From Candidatus Woesearchaeota archaeon (GTDB lineage Archaea; Nanobdellota; Nanobdellia; Woesearchaeales; WAPY01): a stretch of DNA of 53,552 nucleotides. Under the pieces are notes generated by a model that did not search any database, had not been told where the DNA came from, and worked only from the letters and a program-made list of their open reading frames with translations. The stretch is from NCBI GenBank assembly GCA_049700835.1, contig JBNAUL010000001.1, positions 128,491 to 182,042 of the forward strand, read 5' to 3'. Both the position numbers and the translations under genes were made by a program. Below are positions 18,403 through 27,373 of this stretch, piece after piece. Position 1 is the first letter of the stretch. Each line of letters starts with the position of its first letter.

Positions 18403-19557
18403 ATGACGGGTTTTATGAAAAAGGAAAGCGAGATAGAGGAAAACAAGGAGGAGAAGAGCTTCTTCGGTTTTGGAATAACAAGCAGCGAACAGGAGAATAA
18501 ATTATTGAGAGAAACCATTGAAAAATTGGAGAACGAATTAGAGAGGATAAAAACTCCGCCATTGCTGATAGCTGAACTGGTTGAAATTATAGGGCAGAAG
18601 GCAATAGTGAAATTGGATAATGGAAATCAATTCTATGTTTCTCTGATATCAAACCTTGAAAAATTGGTTCCAGGGGATTTTGTCTTGCTCGAGCAGAAAA
18701 ATCTTACAGTTGTTGGAAAGATAAACAAGAGAAAGGAGTTTAATGTTGAGAAATTTGTCATAATTGAAAAACCTAAGGAGAAATGGTGTGATGTTGGAGG
18801 GTTGAAGGATCAGATAAGGGAAATAAAGGAAGTTGTTGAGCTTCCTCTTAAAAAACCAAACTTGTTCAAAGAGGTCGGAATACAACCGCCGAAGGGAGTC
18901 CTTCTCTACGGGCCTCCTGGAACAGGAAAAACCTTGCTTGCAAAGGCAGTTGCAAATTCAACAAATTCGACATTCATAGAAATAGTTTCCTCAGAACTCG
19001 TGCAAAAATTCATCGGAGATGGAGCAAAGCTTGTTAGAGAAATATTTGAGTTAGCAAGGGAAAGAGCGCCTTCCATTGTTTTTATAGACGAGTTGGATGC
19101 GATTGCAGCAAAGAGAATAGAAGTAGGAACTTCAGGAGAAAGAGAAGTTCAGAGAACATTCATGCAATTGTTGGCAGAGATAGACGGTTTCAAGCACTTA
19201 GACAATGTAAAAATAATCGGCTGCACAAATAGGATCGACATTTTGGACCCTGCAATACTCAGGCCAGGAAGATTGGATAGAATAATAAAGATACCTTTGC
19301 CTGATGAAGATGCAAGATTTGAAATCTTTAAGATACACACAAAGAACATGAAGTTAAAGAACATTAATTCAAAAAAGATAATAGCAATGATGAAAGATTT
19401 CTCAGGGGCTGATATAAAAGCAGTTTGCACAGAGGCAGGCTACTTTGCAATAAGGAACAACAGAACAACAGTAAACAATAACGATTTCATCAAAGCAATA
19501 AAGAAAATAAGAAGAACGCCTGAAGAGGATAAGAGTTATTTGAGAATGTTCGGTTAA
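18403..19557 (+). CDS. pan: Proteasome-activating nucleotidase
   Basis: Coiled coil + OB domain; GPPGTGKT, FIDELDA, RPGRLDR; C-terminal MFG. Confidence 0.95.
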   Translation: MTGFMKKESEIEENKEEKSFFGFGITSSEQENKLLRETIEKLENELERIKTPPLLIAELVEIIGQKAIVKLDNGNQFYVSLISNLEKLVPGDFVLLEQKNLTVVGKINKRKEFNVEKFVIIEKPKEKWCDVGGLKDQIREIKEVVELPLKKPNLFKEVGIQPPKGVLLYGPPGTGKTLLAKAVANSTNSTFIEIVSSELVQKFIGDGAKLVREIFELARERAPSIVFIDELDAIAAKRIEVGTSGEREVQRTFMQLLAEIDGFKHLDNVKIIGCTNRIDILDPAILRPGRLDRIIKIPLPDEDARFEIFKIHTKNMKLKNINSKKIIAMMKDFSGADIKAVCTEAGYFAIRNNRTTVNNNDFIKAIKKIRRTPEEDKSYLRMFG

Positions 19558-19608
19558 ATAAAATTATTCTTTAATCATCCTTTATTAAATTTTGTTGTTG
19601 GAGATAAT

Positions 19609-19676
19609 GGCGCGCTCAGAATAAAATCTAAGTCATAGCTTAAAGCTCCTTTGTGTTCACTTCCTCACAGCGCGCC
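19609..19676 (-). ncRNA. Candidate C/D-box (K-turn) sRNA
   Basis: Minus strand: GGCGCGCT terminal stem, GTGAGGA C-box-like motif, CTGA D box; TATA-like CTTAAATA ~22 nt upstream. Confidence 0.55.
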
Positions 19677-19776
19677 GTAAAAAAAGCAGGAATGTAAATA
19701 TTTAAGTTTTACTTAAAGATTTAAAAAAAGAAAAGATTGAGTAAAATTTATAAACAAAACAACAAAAACAAGGTTT

Positions 19777-20658
19777 ATGGAAAAATTGAAATTCCTTATA
19801 AGCAGTTTTAGAATTCAGCAGTATTACAAAAATTTGATAATCTTTGTTCCATTGGTATTCGCTCGAGAGTTCTTCGTGCTTCAAAAATTAGAAAAGACAG
19901 TTCTCGGATTTTTTATGCTCTGTTTGATTTCCTCAGCGAATTATTTAATAAACGATGTAATTGATTACAATAAGGATAAGCATCACCCTGAAAAGAGAAA
20001 GCGGGCAGTAGCGTCTGGAAAGGTTTCAAGGATTGAAGCGCTCTTTGCAGCATTTTTGCTTCTGCTAATCTCTTTTTACTTCTCTTACAGGCTTTCAGAA
20101 CTATTTTTTTACTCATTGATGCTTCTGTTTGTTTTTAGTTCTATATACAGTTTTTGGCTTAGAAACGAAATATTTGCAGATATAATAATAATTTCAATGA
20201 ACTTTGTAATCAGAACAGTTTCAGGAGCATTTTTGATAAATGTTCCAATATCTCCTTGGCTTATAATATGCACATTCTTCCTTGCAATGTTTTTGGTTGT
20301 TGGCAAGAGAAAGGCAAACCTTTCAATGCTAAAAAGTCATGCTCACAATTACAATTTGACATTGGCAGAATACAACCACAGCCTCACAAGGTTAATAATA
20401 ATAATTTCAGTAACATCTTTGATAATCTCTTACTCGTTGTACACTTTTCTAAGCATAAATAAAAATTTAATAATAACATTGCCTATTTCTCTCTACATAA
20501 TTTTTTATTATTTTTATCTTATAGAGAAAGGAAGTCCTATTGCAAGGAATACAGAGAAGGTCTTTACGAATATAAGAATGTTGAGTGCGCTTTTGATATG
20601 GCTATTGCTTGTATTTTTGTGCTTGTATTCAAATTTTAAAATACCTTTGTTAAGATAA
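19777..20658 (+). CDS. UbiA-family decaprenyl-phosphate phosphoribosyltransferase-like protein
   Basis: RIQQYYKNLIIF, YLINDVIDYNKDKHHPEKRKRAVASG and GKRK motifs; multi-TM. Confidence 0.88.
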   Translation: MEKLKFLISSFRIQQYYKNLIIFVPLVFAREFFVLQKLEKTVLGFFMLCLISSANYLINDVIDYNKDKHHPEKRKRAVASGKVSRIEALFAAFLLLLISFYFSYRLSELFFYSLMLLFVFSSIYSFWLRNEIFADIIIISMNFVIRTVSGAFLINVPISPWLIICTFFLAMFLVVGKRKANLSMLKSHAHNYNLTLAEYNHSLTRLIIIISVTSLIISYSLYTFLSINKNLIITLPISLYIIFYYFYLIEKGSPIARNTEKVFTNIRMLSALLIWLLLVFLCLYSNFKIPLLR

Positions 20659-20671
20659 GAGGTGATGAAAA

Positions 20672-21007
20672 ATGCAACTGATACAAGTACTGCTTATAGG
20701 CTTTGCTTTATTTGCACTTGGAAGAACAATAAAGAATTTTAGGAAAAGAAAGACAAGCGTATTTGGTTTTGCTTTTTGGGTTTTGCTTTGGCTGATCATA
20801 ATAATCGTTGCACTGCTGCCAGGAGTTACGCATGTTTTTACAAAGCTTTTCAATGTTGGAAGGGGGGTTGATTTTTTGATTTACATAAGCATAACCTTCT
20901 TATTCTACATGGTTTTCAAAATCTTTGAAAAGCTGGAAAGAATTGAGGAAGAAATAACAGAGATAGTTAAAAAAGATGCATTAAAAAATTTAGTGAGGAA
21001 AAGATAA
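20672..21007 (+). CDS. DUF2304 membrane protein
   Basis: Three TM segments, VGRGVD motif and C-terminal coiled coil EEITEIVK. Confidence 0.85.
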   Translation: MQLIQVLLIGFALFALGRTIKNFRKRKTSVFGFAFWVLLWLIIIIVALLPGVTHVFTKLFNVGRGVDFLIYISITFLFYMVFKIFEKLERIEEEITEIVKKDALKNLVRKR

Positions 21008-21772
21008 ATGATAGTAAATACTCACATGCACACAAAGTATAGCGATGGCAAGAATTCGTTAAGGCAGATGTTAAAAAAATCAATCACGATTGGTTACGAT
21101 TTAATAGCCTTTTCTGATCATGTTAGGAAAAGCTCGGATTGGGTTGCCGATTATGCAAGCGAGATTTTAAAATGTAAGGAAAATTTTAGAGGCAAAATTA
21201 GGATATTAACTTCTCTGGAAGCAAAAGTAATTGGTTTTAACAAAAAGATTGACATTTCAAAAAATGACTTAAAGAAGTTAGATTTTTTAATAGCAAGCGT
21301 TCACAGCGTACCTCTAAATTATTCTGGAAGAAAAAGAGCAAATGTCGTTGAGGGCTATAATGGAAAATTGATTAGATTGGAAAGCCCTGTTAGCAAGGAA
21401 GAACTGATTGAGTTTTGGGAAAGAGCAACTCTTGCTATCATTGAAAGTAAAGAAGCAGATGTTTTAGGGCACCCTTTTAGAATACCATTTTTGCTAAATG
21501 TAAAAATCAGGGAATCAACTGTAAGAAAGATTTATGAGGAAGCAAAAATAAACGAGAAGATTGTTGAGATAAGCACAAAATACAAAAATGAAAGAAAATA
21601 CATCAAAATTTTAAGAAAGATAAGACCAATGATTCTAATAGGCAGCGATTCCCACTCTTTGCAGGAGTTGGCAAAAACCTACAAAATCAACAAAAAATAC
21701 TCTCTTATGTTCAAAAAAGAGATAAGGAGCGCGTTGGAAAACGTGTTTGAAAAACATCACTCAAAAATATGA
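21008..21772 (+). CDS. PHP-domain phosphoesterase
   Basis: HMHTKYSDG, SDH, SVH, GHP and GSDSH motifs. Confidence 0.88.
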   Translation: MIVNTHMHTKYSDGKNSLRQMLKKSITIGYDLIAFSDHVRKSSDWVADYASEILKCKENFRGKIRILTSLEAKVIGFNKKIDISKNDLKKLDFLIASVHSVPLNYSGRKRANVVEGYNGKLIRLESPVSKEELIEFWERATLAIIESKEADVLGHPFRIPFLLNVKIRESTVRKIYEEAKINEKIVEISTKYKNERKYIKILRKIRPMILIGSDSHSLQELAKTYKINKKYSLMFKKEIRSALENVFEKHHSKI

Positions 21773-23265
21773 AAGAGCAAATAAAAAAGAATAAGAACCA
21801 GTGGAACATAATTTCAACATACTTTTTAATAATCTGCACAGGATTTATCTCTTACTTGGTCAGGATTTTGTTTGCAAGAAACCTCAGCGTTGAGGAATAC
21901 GGATTGTTCTACGCAGTTTTTACTTTTATTTTTTTCTTTGTTTTCTTTAGAGAGTTTGGGCTAACAGAAGGGGTTTTGTTTTTTATAAACAAGTTCCTTG
22001 CAAAGAAGGATTACAAAAAGATAAGAGAGTATTTTTACACAGCCCTGAACTTTCAGCTCATTACTTCTATTCTCTTTTTTGCATTTTTTTTGTTGTTTTC
22101 AAATTTTTTGACAAAGCATTATTTCAAGAACGAATTTGCTAAAGAACTAATTTTTATTCTTGCTTTTACATTCGTAATCCACGCAATTCTTTATTTTTTT
22201 TCATTTTCCTTTAACATATTTCAGGATTTCAAGCTCTTTAAGTTTTTGGAATTTTTAGAGATGCTCTTTGTTTTAGCATTTGCATTCTTTCTTTTTAACT
22301 TTGCTCCAAAACAGATCGTGCCTGCCATCTCTTACCTGCTCGCTTTTATTTTTCTTAGCATCATAACCTTGATCTTATTTTTTAAAAGATATCCATTTTT
22401 GATTGGTAAAAAAATAATTTTTAGTTCTAAAGCAATGAAAGAACTCTTGAAATTTTCCCTTCCAATATTTATTTCAACAAGCGGGGCTGTTATACTAAAT
22501 TACACAGACATAATTCTCTTAACCTTGTTGAAAGGAGTTAAGGACGTAGGTTTTTACAACATAGCACAGCCTGCTTTTAACATAATACTCGTTTTTATAG
22601 CCCCTTTGAGCACAATAGTTTATCCTTTGATTTCTAAGAAATACCATAACAAGGATTACAATGGTATAAGAAACATAGTAAATTTTTTTTACAACAATTT
22701 TTTATTATTTACATTACCATTAGCGATAACATTCATAGTTTTTGCTGATTTGATAATAAAAATCCTCTTTGGAGCGAATTATGTTGAAGCATCGGCTGCC
22801 TTGAGAATATTCTCCTTGTTTTTTATTTTCATGCCGATAAGAAGTTTAGGCTTTTCAGTGATTACAGGAATTGGGAAACCTAAGGAGAGAGCAAAAATAC
22901 TTTACTATGGGGCTTTTACCAATTTAATTGGAGATCTTATGCTTATACCAAAATACGGTTACAATGGAGCAGCTCTGACAACAGGAATAAGTTTTTTGAT
23001 AATGGCTGTTTTGTCAACAAAATTCTTGCACAAGTATTACAGGTTAATCATAAGTTTTTCAGTGCAGGCAAAAGTTGTTTTGGCTTCAATAATCTTTTTT
23101 TCTACTAATATGATTCTAAGAAAATTAATAGTGACAAACAATGTAATGCTGAAAGGAACAGCGATGCTTTTGATTTCAGGGAGCATCTATGTTATTCTAT
23201 TGTTCTTGCTTGGAGTTCTGACAAAGGAAAAAATAATTAGTTTCAAAGAACTCTTGAAATATTGA
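21769..23265 (+). CDS. Wzx-type polysaccharide flippase (MOP family)
   Basis: ARNLSVEEYG, TDIILL..VGFYNIA and LIPKYGYNGAA motifs; many TM helices. Confidence 0.9.
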   Translation: MKEQIKKNKNQWNIISTYFLIICTGFISYLVRILFARNLSVEEYGLFYAVFTFIFFFVFFREFGLTEGVLFFINKFLAKKDYKKIREYFYTALNFQLITSILFFAFFLLFSNFLTKHYFKNEFAKELIFILAFTFVIHAILYFFSFSFNIFQDFKLFKFLEFLEMLFVLAFAFFLFNFAPKQIVPAISYLLAFIFLSIITLILFFKRYPFLIGKKIIFSSKAMKELLKFSLPIFISTSGAVILNYTDIILLTLLKGVKDVGFYNIAQPAFNIILVFIAPLSTIVYPLISKKYHNKDYNGIRNIVNFFYNNFLLFTLPLAITFIVFADLIIKILFGANYVEASAALRIFSLFFIFMPIRSLGFSVITGIGKPKERAKILYYGAFTNLIGDLMLIPKYGYNGAALTTGISFLIMAVLSTKFLHKYYRLIISFSVQAKVVLASIIFFSTNMILRKLIVTNNVMLKGTAMLLISGSIYVILLFLLGVLTKEKIISFKELLKY

Positions 23266-23315
23266 TTTTTAGAGTTTTTGAAAGATTTAAATATAATAGA
23301 GCAATCTTATTTCGC

Positions 23316-24164
23316 ATGAGAATATTGGTAACAGGCGCATCAGGATTTTTAGGAAGAGTTTTATGCTCAAAATTAGAAGAAAACAATTTTAAAGTAATTC
23401 CACTCCAACATGATGATTGCGAAATAACAGATTATTCTAAACTTAAAATGTTATTTTCAAGGAAAAAACCAGGTGTTGTTGTTCATGCTGCAGCCATTAC
23501 AGACACTGATTATTGCGAGAAAAATAAGGAAGAGTGTTTTAAGGTTAATATCGTAGGAACAGAATTTGTGCAGAATCTTTGCAACAATTTAAAAATAAAT
23601 ATGGTCTTGTTATCAACAGATTTTGTTTTCGACGGAAAGAAAGGAAATTACAAAGAGGAAGATTTCAGAAACCCTGTAAACTATTATGGATTTTCAAAGA
23701 TGGTTGCAGAGGATATTACAGAAAAACTTGAGAACCACTTGATTATAAGAACTTCTTCAATATTTGGTTATTTTCATCCTAAAAAAATGGATTTTCCGAG
23801 TTTTGTAATAACCAATCTAAGTGCAGGAAAAGAAGTTAAAATTGCAAAGGACTTTTTTAGAAAGCCAACATTTGTTGAGGATTTAGCAAATGCAATAATT
23901 TTTCTAATAAAGAAAAGGCAGAACGGGATATTTCATTGCTGTGGTTCTGAAAGAATATCAAGCTACGAATTTGCTCTGAAGATAGCAACGCACTTTAATC
24001 TAAACAAGAGCTTGATAAAACCGGTTTTAAGCAAGGAAATAAATCTAAAAGCAAAAAGGCCAAGGGATTCAAGTTTAAACACAAAAAAGATCGAAAATCT
24101 TGGTTACAGGTTCATGAACTTGGATAGTGCAATTGAAAAATCAGATTACAGAGAAATGCTCTGA
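23316..24164 (+). CDS. rfbD: dTDP-4-dehydrorhamnose reductase
   Basis: GASGFLG, STDFVFDG, YYGFSK and RPRDSSL motifs. Confidence 0.9.
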   Translation: MRILVTGASGFLGRVLCSKLEENNFKVIPLQHDDCEITDYSKLKMLFSRKKPGVVVHAAAITDTDYCEKNKEECFKVNIVGTEFVQNLCNNLKINMVLLSTDFVFDGKKGNYKEEDFRNPVNYYGFSKMVAEDITEKLENHLIIRTSSIFGYFHPKKMDFPSFVITNLSAGKEVKIAKDFFRKPTFVEDLANAIIFLIKKRQNGIFHCCGSERISSYEFALKIATHFNLNKSLIKPVLSKEINLKAKRPRDSSLNTKKIENLGYRFMNLDSAIEKSDYREML

Positions 24165-24166
24165 TT

Positions 24167-24442
24167 TCAGAATACAACCTCAACCTCTACCTTGCCAACT
24201 CCTTTTATTGATTTTATCTTTTGTTTGACGCTTTCAACTATTAAAGAAGCCAATGGGCAAAAAGGACTTGTCAAGGTCATTTTTATAAAAACATCACCAC
24301 CATTTATTTTCACATCTCTTATAAGGTTCATCTCAACTATACTCAAACCAATTTCAGGGTCAATAACTTCTTTTAATTTTTCAAGCACAATTTCCTTGCT
24401 CAAAAGAAATTTTTTTTTATTTTTATCTCTTTTTCCTACCAT
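24167..24442 (-). CDS. DUF59/SufT-like Fe-S cluster assembly protein
   Basis: VIDPEIGLSIVEMNLI and TLTSPFCPLA motifs. Confidence 0.9.
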   Translation of the reverse strand: MVGKRDKNKKKFLLSKEIVLEKLKEVIDPEIGLSIVEMNLIRDVKINGGDVFIKMTLTSPFCPLASLIVESVKQKIKSIKGVGKVEVEVVF

Positions 24443-24552
24443 ACAAGGAGTTTATTCTATTTAGTATTTATAGGTTTTGTTTTTTTTTATTTTAGTACAA
24501 TAATACAAAAACTTCATTAAGTTTATAAATAACCTTTGAATACAAAGCAATC

Positions 24553-25521
24553 ATGAGATCGTTGATAACAGGCAATCTTGGGTTTTTAGGAACAAACTTA
24601 ACGCTTTTTTTCTTAAAAAAAGGATTTGAGGTGGTTGGAGTTGATAATTTTAGTTATTGTTCTAACATTGAAGCTTTAAGGATAATGAAAATTTACAGAA
24701 ATTTTAAATTCTTTAAAGTGGACATAAAAGACAAAAGACTAATCCCTAAATTAATAGAAAAGTGCGATGTCATAGTTAACTTGGCAGCATTTACGCATGT
24801 TGATAATTCAATAAGAATGCCAGAGCTTTTTGTTAAGAACAACATAGCAAGTTTTCAGAAGTTTTTGAATTTTTTCAAAGAAAGCGATAAAAGGAGAGAT
24901 AAAATTTTAATTCATGTAAGCACTGACGAGGTTTATGGCGAAATATTAAAAGGAGAAGCAAAGGAAAACAATAATTTTAACCCACGGAATGTTTATTCTG
25001 CAACAAAGGTTGCTCAGGAATGCTTGATAAATGCTTATAAGGAAACTTATAAATTGAAAGCAGTTGTTTTAAGGCCCTGCAATGTATTTGGTTATTGGCA
25101 GCATCATGAAAAGCTTATACCAAAAACAATAATCCTTGCTTTAAAAAACAAAAAAGTTCCTGTTTATGGCGATGGAACCCAAGTTAGGGAGTGGTTATTC
25201 TGTGAGGATTTTAACAGAGCAATAGAATTGATAATTGAAAAGAGGATTGAAGATGGAGTTTATAATGTTGGGAGCGGAGCAAGGAAGAAGAACATAGAAG
25301 TTGTTAAGAAGATATTAAATATTTTAAATAAAGATTTCAGTTTAATAGATTTTGTTGGAGATAGACCTGGCCATGACAGACGGTATGCTGTAAATTCTGA
25401 AAGAATTAAGAGTTTAGGTTTTGAGACCAAATTTGATTTTGAGGATGCTTTGAAAAGAACAACAGCATGGTATGTTGAAAACACAAGAAATAAAAAATTA
25501 AAAAATAAAAATTATGTTTAA
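24553..25521 (+). CDS. rfbB: dTDP-glucose 4,6-dehydratase
   Basis: GNLGFLG, THVDNSI, STDEVYG, YSATK, EKLIP and DRPGHDRRY motifs. Confidence 0.93.
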   Translation: MRSLITGNLGFLGTNLTLFFLKKGFEVVGVDNFSYCSNIEALRIMKIYRNFKFFKVDIKDKRLIPKLIEKCDVIVNLAAFTHVDNSIRMPELFVKNNIASFQKFLNFFKESDKRRDKILIHVSTDEVYGEILKGEAKENNNFNPRNVYSATKVAQECLINAYKETYKLKAVVLRPCNVFGYWQHHEKLIPKTIILALKNKKVPVYGDGTQVREWLFCEDFNRAIELIIEKRIEDGVYNVGSGARKKNIEVVKKILNILNKDFSLIDFVGDRPGHDRRYAVNSERIKSLGFETKFDFEDALKRTTAWYVENTRNKKLKNKNYV

Positions 25522-25525
25522 AATT

Positions 25526-25594
25526 TTATTTTTTGCATTTTTTCTTTGTTGTTTTCTTCATTGTTTTTTTTGTTATTTTCTTTTTTGCAGCCAT
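25526..25594 (-). CDS. Putative 22-aa lysine-rich basic peptide
   Basis: MAAKKKITKKTMKKTTKKKCKK; GTGAT SD-like motif upstream. Confidence 0.4.
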   Translation of the reverse strand: MAAKKKITKKTMKKTTKKKCKK

Positions 25595-25627
25595 TTTCAA
25601 TCACATTCTTTTATTTGTTTTAAAAAT

Positions 25628-26263
25628 TTAAAAAGTTTTCTTTTTAAAACAGAAAGATTTAAGCACAAATAAAATGTTAATAAAAAATAATTCTAAAATT
25701 AAGCCAACAAGCATTTTTGAACTCAAGTTAAAAAAATAATTTTTAGGGAACAATTGGATTATCAAAGAATTGTAGTCAAAAATCCAAGTTTTTGGTTTAA
25801 AGAAAATTGAATGAAAAACTGAAAATGCATAGTCAAAATTTGTTTTCACACAGAGAAGAAAAATTAAAGCAATGAAAGTCAACGATGCAAGAAAAACCAA
25901 AAAATATTTTGTAAAATCCTCAGTATTAAAATTCTTTAAGCGCATTGTAAATGCAAGAATCAAAGCCCACAAAAAAATTGTTGAACTGAAAAATAACTTT
26001 GTCTTTGATATAAGATTTTTAACATCCAAAAGATGGGAAGCTTCTCTCCACGAAAAGGCGCTGCTCAATTCTTCTTTTCCCTCAAGAAAATAAAAAACAT
26101 TTTTTGTAAGGTCGTTGCCTGATTTTGAAGAACTTCTAAACTCTGAGTAATAGATAATGAAAAAGTTTAGCAGCAAAAGATTAACAAAAGATAAGATTAC
26201 AAAAACAAATGTTAAAACCATTAGCAAAATATTTTTTTCTTTATTCACTTTATTATTAATCAT
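25628..26263 (-). CDS. DUF1461 / Lit-like integral membrane protein
   Basis: EASHLLDVK and FSVFHSIFF...WIF...LIIQLFPKNYF motifs; about 4 TM helices. Confidence 0.8.
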   Translation of the reverse strand: MINNKVNKEKNILLMVLTFVFVILSFVNLLLLNFFIIYYSEFRSSSKSGNDLTKNVFYFLEGKEELSSAFSWREASHLLDVKNLISKTKLFFSSTIFLWALILAFTMRLKNFNTEDFTKYFLVFLASLTFIALIFLLCVKTNFDYAFSVFHSIFFKPKTWIFDYNSLIIQLFPKNYFFNLSSKMLVGLILELFFINILFVLKSFCFKKKTF

Positions 26264-26309
26264 TGTTTTATCACAAGATTTATTAATTCTTATCAGGTTT
26301 ATATTTTTT

Positions 26310-27347
26310 ATGAAAGAATTTGTTAAAAAGTTCATTGAAATATGCAGAGAAGCAGATCTGCAGGAAAAGATTGAGGACTTTGCAGACATAGAAGAGGATA
26401 ATATTCCACTAAGGATAAATAAAGAAAATTTTCGCTCCTTCAAGGAATTTGAAGGCTGCAAAAAGATGATTTTTGTAGATGGGGGAAATGCAGAACTTAT
26501 AAGCACTGCAAACATAAGCGTACAGTTAATAAGAACCTATGGCGCTGCGTTTGAAAAAAAGCGCCTTTTTTCAATCAGAAAAGAAAACTATCTTATTGTG
26601 CGCGCAATCAAGAATGCAAGCAACTCGCGCATAGATTACAAAGCAGAATTCTCTCCAAAATACTTTGATTTTGAAATGAGTTCATTTGAAGAAAATTTAA
26701 GAGAGGGAAGAAACAGAATTCCTATTTCAAGAGTAGGAGAGATTGCTAGAAGATTGTGCGAATTGAAGACAGCAAATCTACTCAGCGGCAAATTCAAAGA
26801 CAGCATAATAATTCTTGATGGAAACCTTAAATCAAGCATACCAGTAGAACAAAACTTTTTAGAGCAACTGTACAATACGAGCGTTAAGAACAACAATGTT
26901 GTGGCAGCGCTCTCAAAAACATCGCAACTGATAACAAAAAACGGGCAGTCATTAAACAGCCTTTTAATGAAAATTTCAACATCGCTGAACTTAAAAGAAT
27001 GGTGTTATTATCCTATTGCAAAAATAACAGACAAGAACCATCAGGCAGATATTGCAATAGTAAAACTTCACAGAAAATCAAAGCATTGCTTCAATTTTGA
27101 GATATACAAAAAACAATCAGACAAAATAGAAGAAGTTCTTTGGTTTTTGAGAGAGAACTCAAAGGACCCTTCATTCTTTGGATACCCTTATGGATTGATC
27201 GATGCTGACAGGTTTGCAAGGATAAGCAATAAGGAAAGAGATTACTTAAAAACAATTCTTTTGGCGCAAATACCAAAGAGAATTTTGAAGGATTTTGTTC
27301 TCAACGATTCTCACGAAACGCTAAACAGGCTTGCAGGAATTAAATAA
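26310..27347 (+). CDS. nurA: NurA-family nuclease
   Basis: FVDGG, ILDGNL, ALSKTS and GYPYGLIDADRFARIS motifs. Confidence 0.85.
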   Translation: MKEFVKKFIEICREADLQEKIEDFADIEEDNIPLRINKENFRSFKEFEGCKKMIFVDGGNAELISTANISVQLIRTYGAAFEKKRLFSIRKENYLIVRAIKNASNSRIDYKAEFSPKYFDFEMSSFEENLREGRNRIPISRVGEIARRLCELKTANLLSGKFKDSIIILDGNLKSSIPVEQNFLEQLYNTSVKNNNVVAALSKTSQLITKNGQSLNSLLMKISTSLNLKEWCYYPIAKITDKNHQADIAIVKLHRKSKHCFNFEIYKKQSDKIEEVLWFLRENSKDPSFFGYPYGLIDADRFARISNKERDYLKTILLAQIPKRILKDFVLNDSHETLNRLAGIK

Positions 27348-27373
27348 AAAGATTTATAAACAAAATTATTCTA

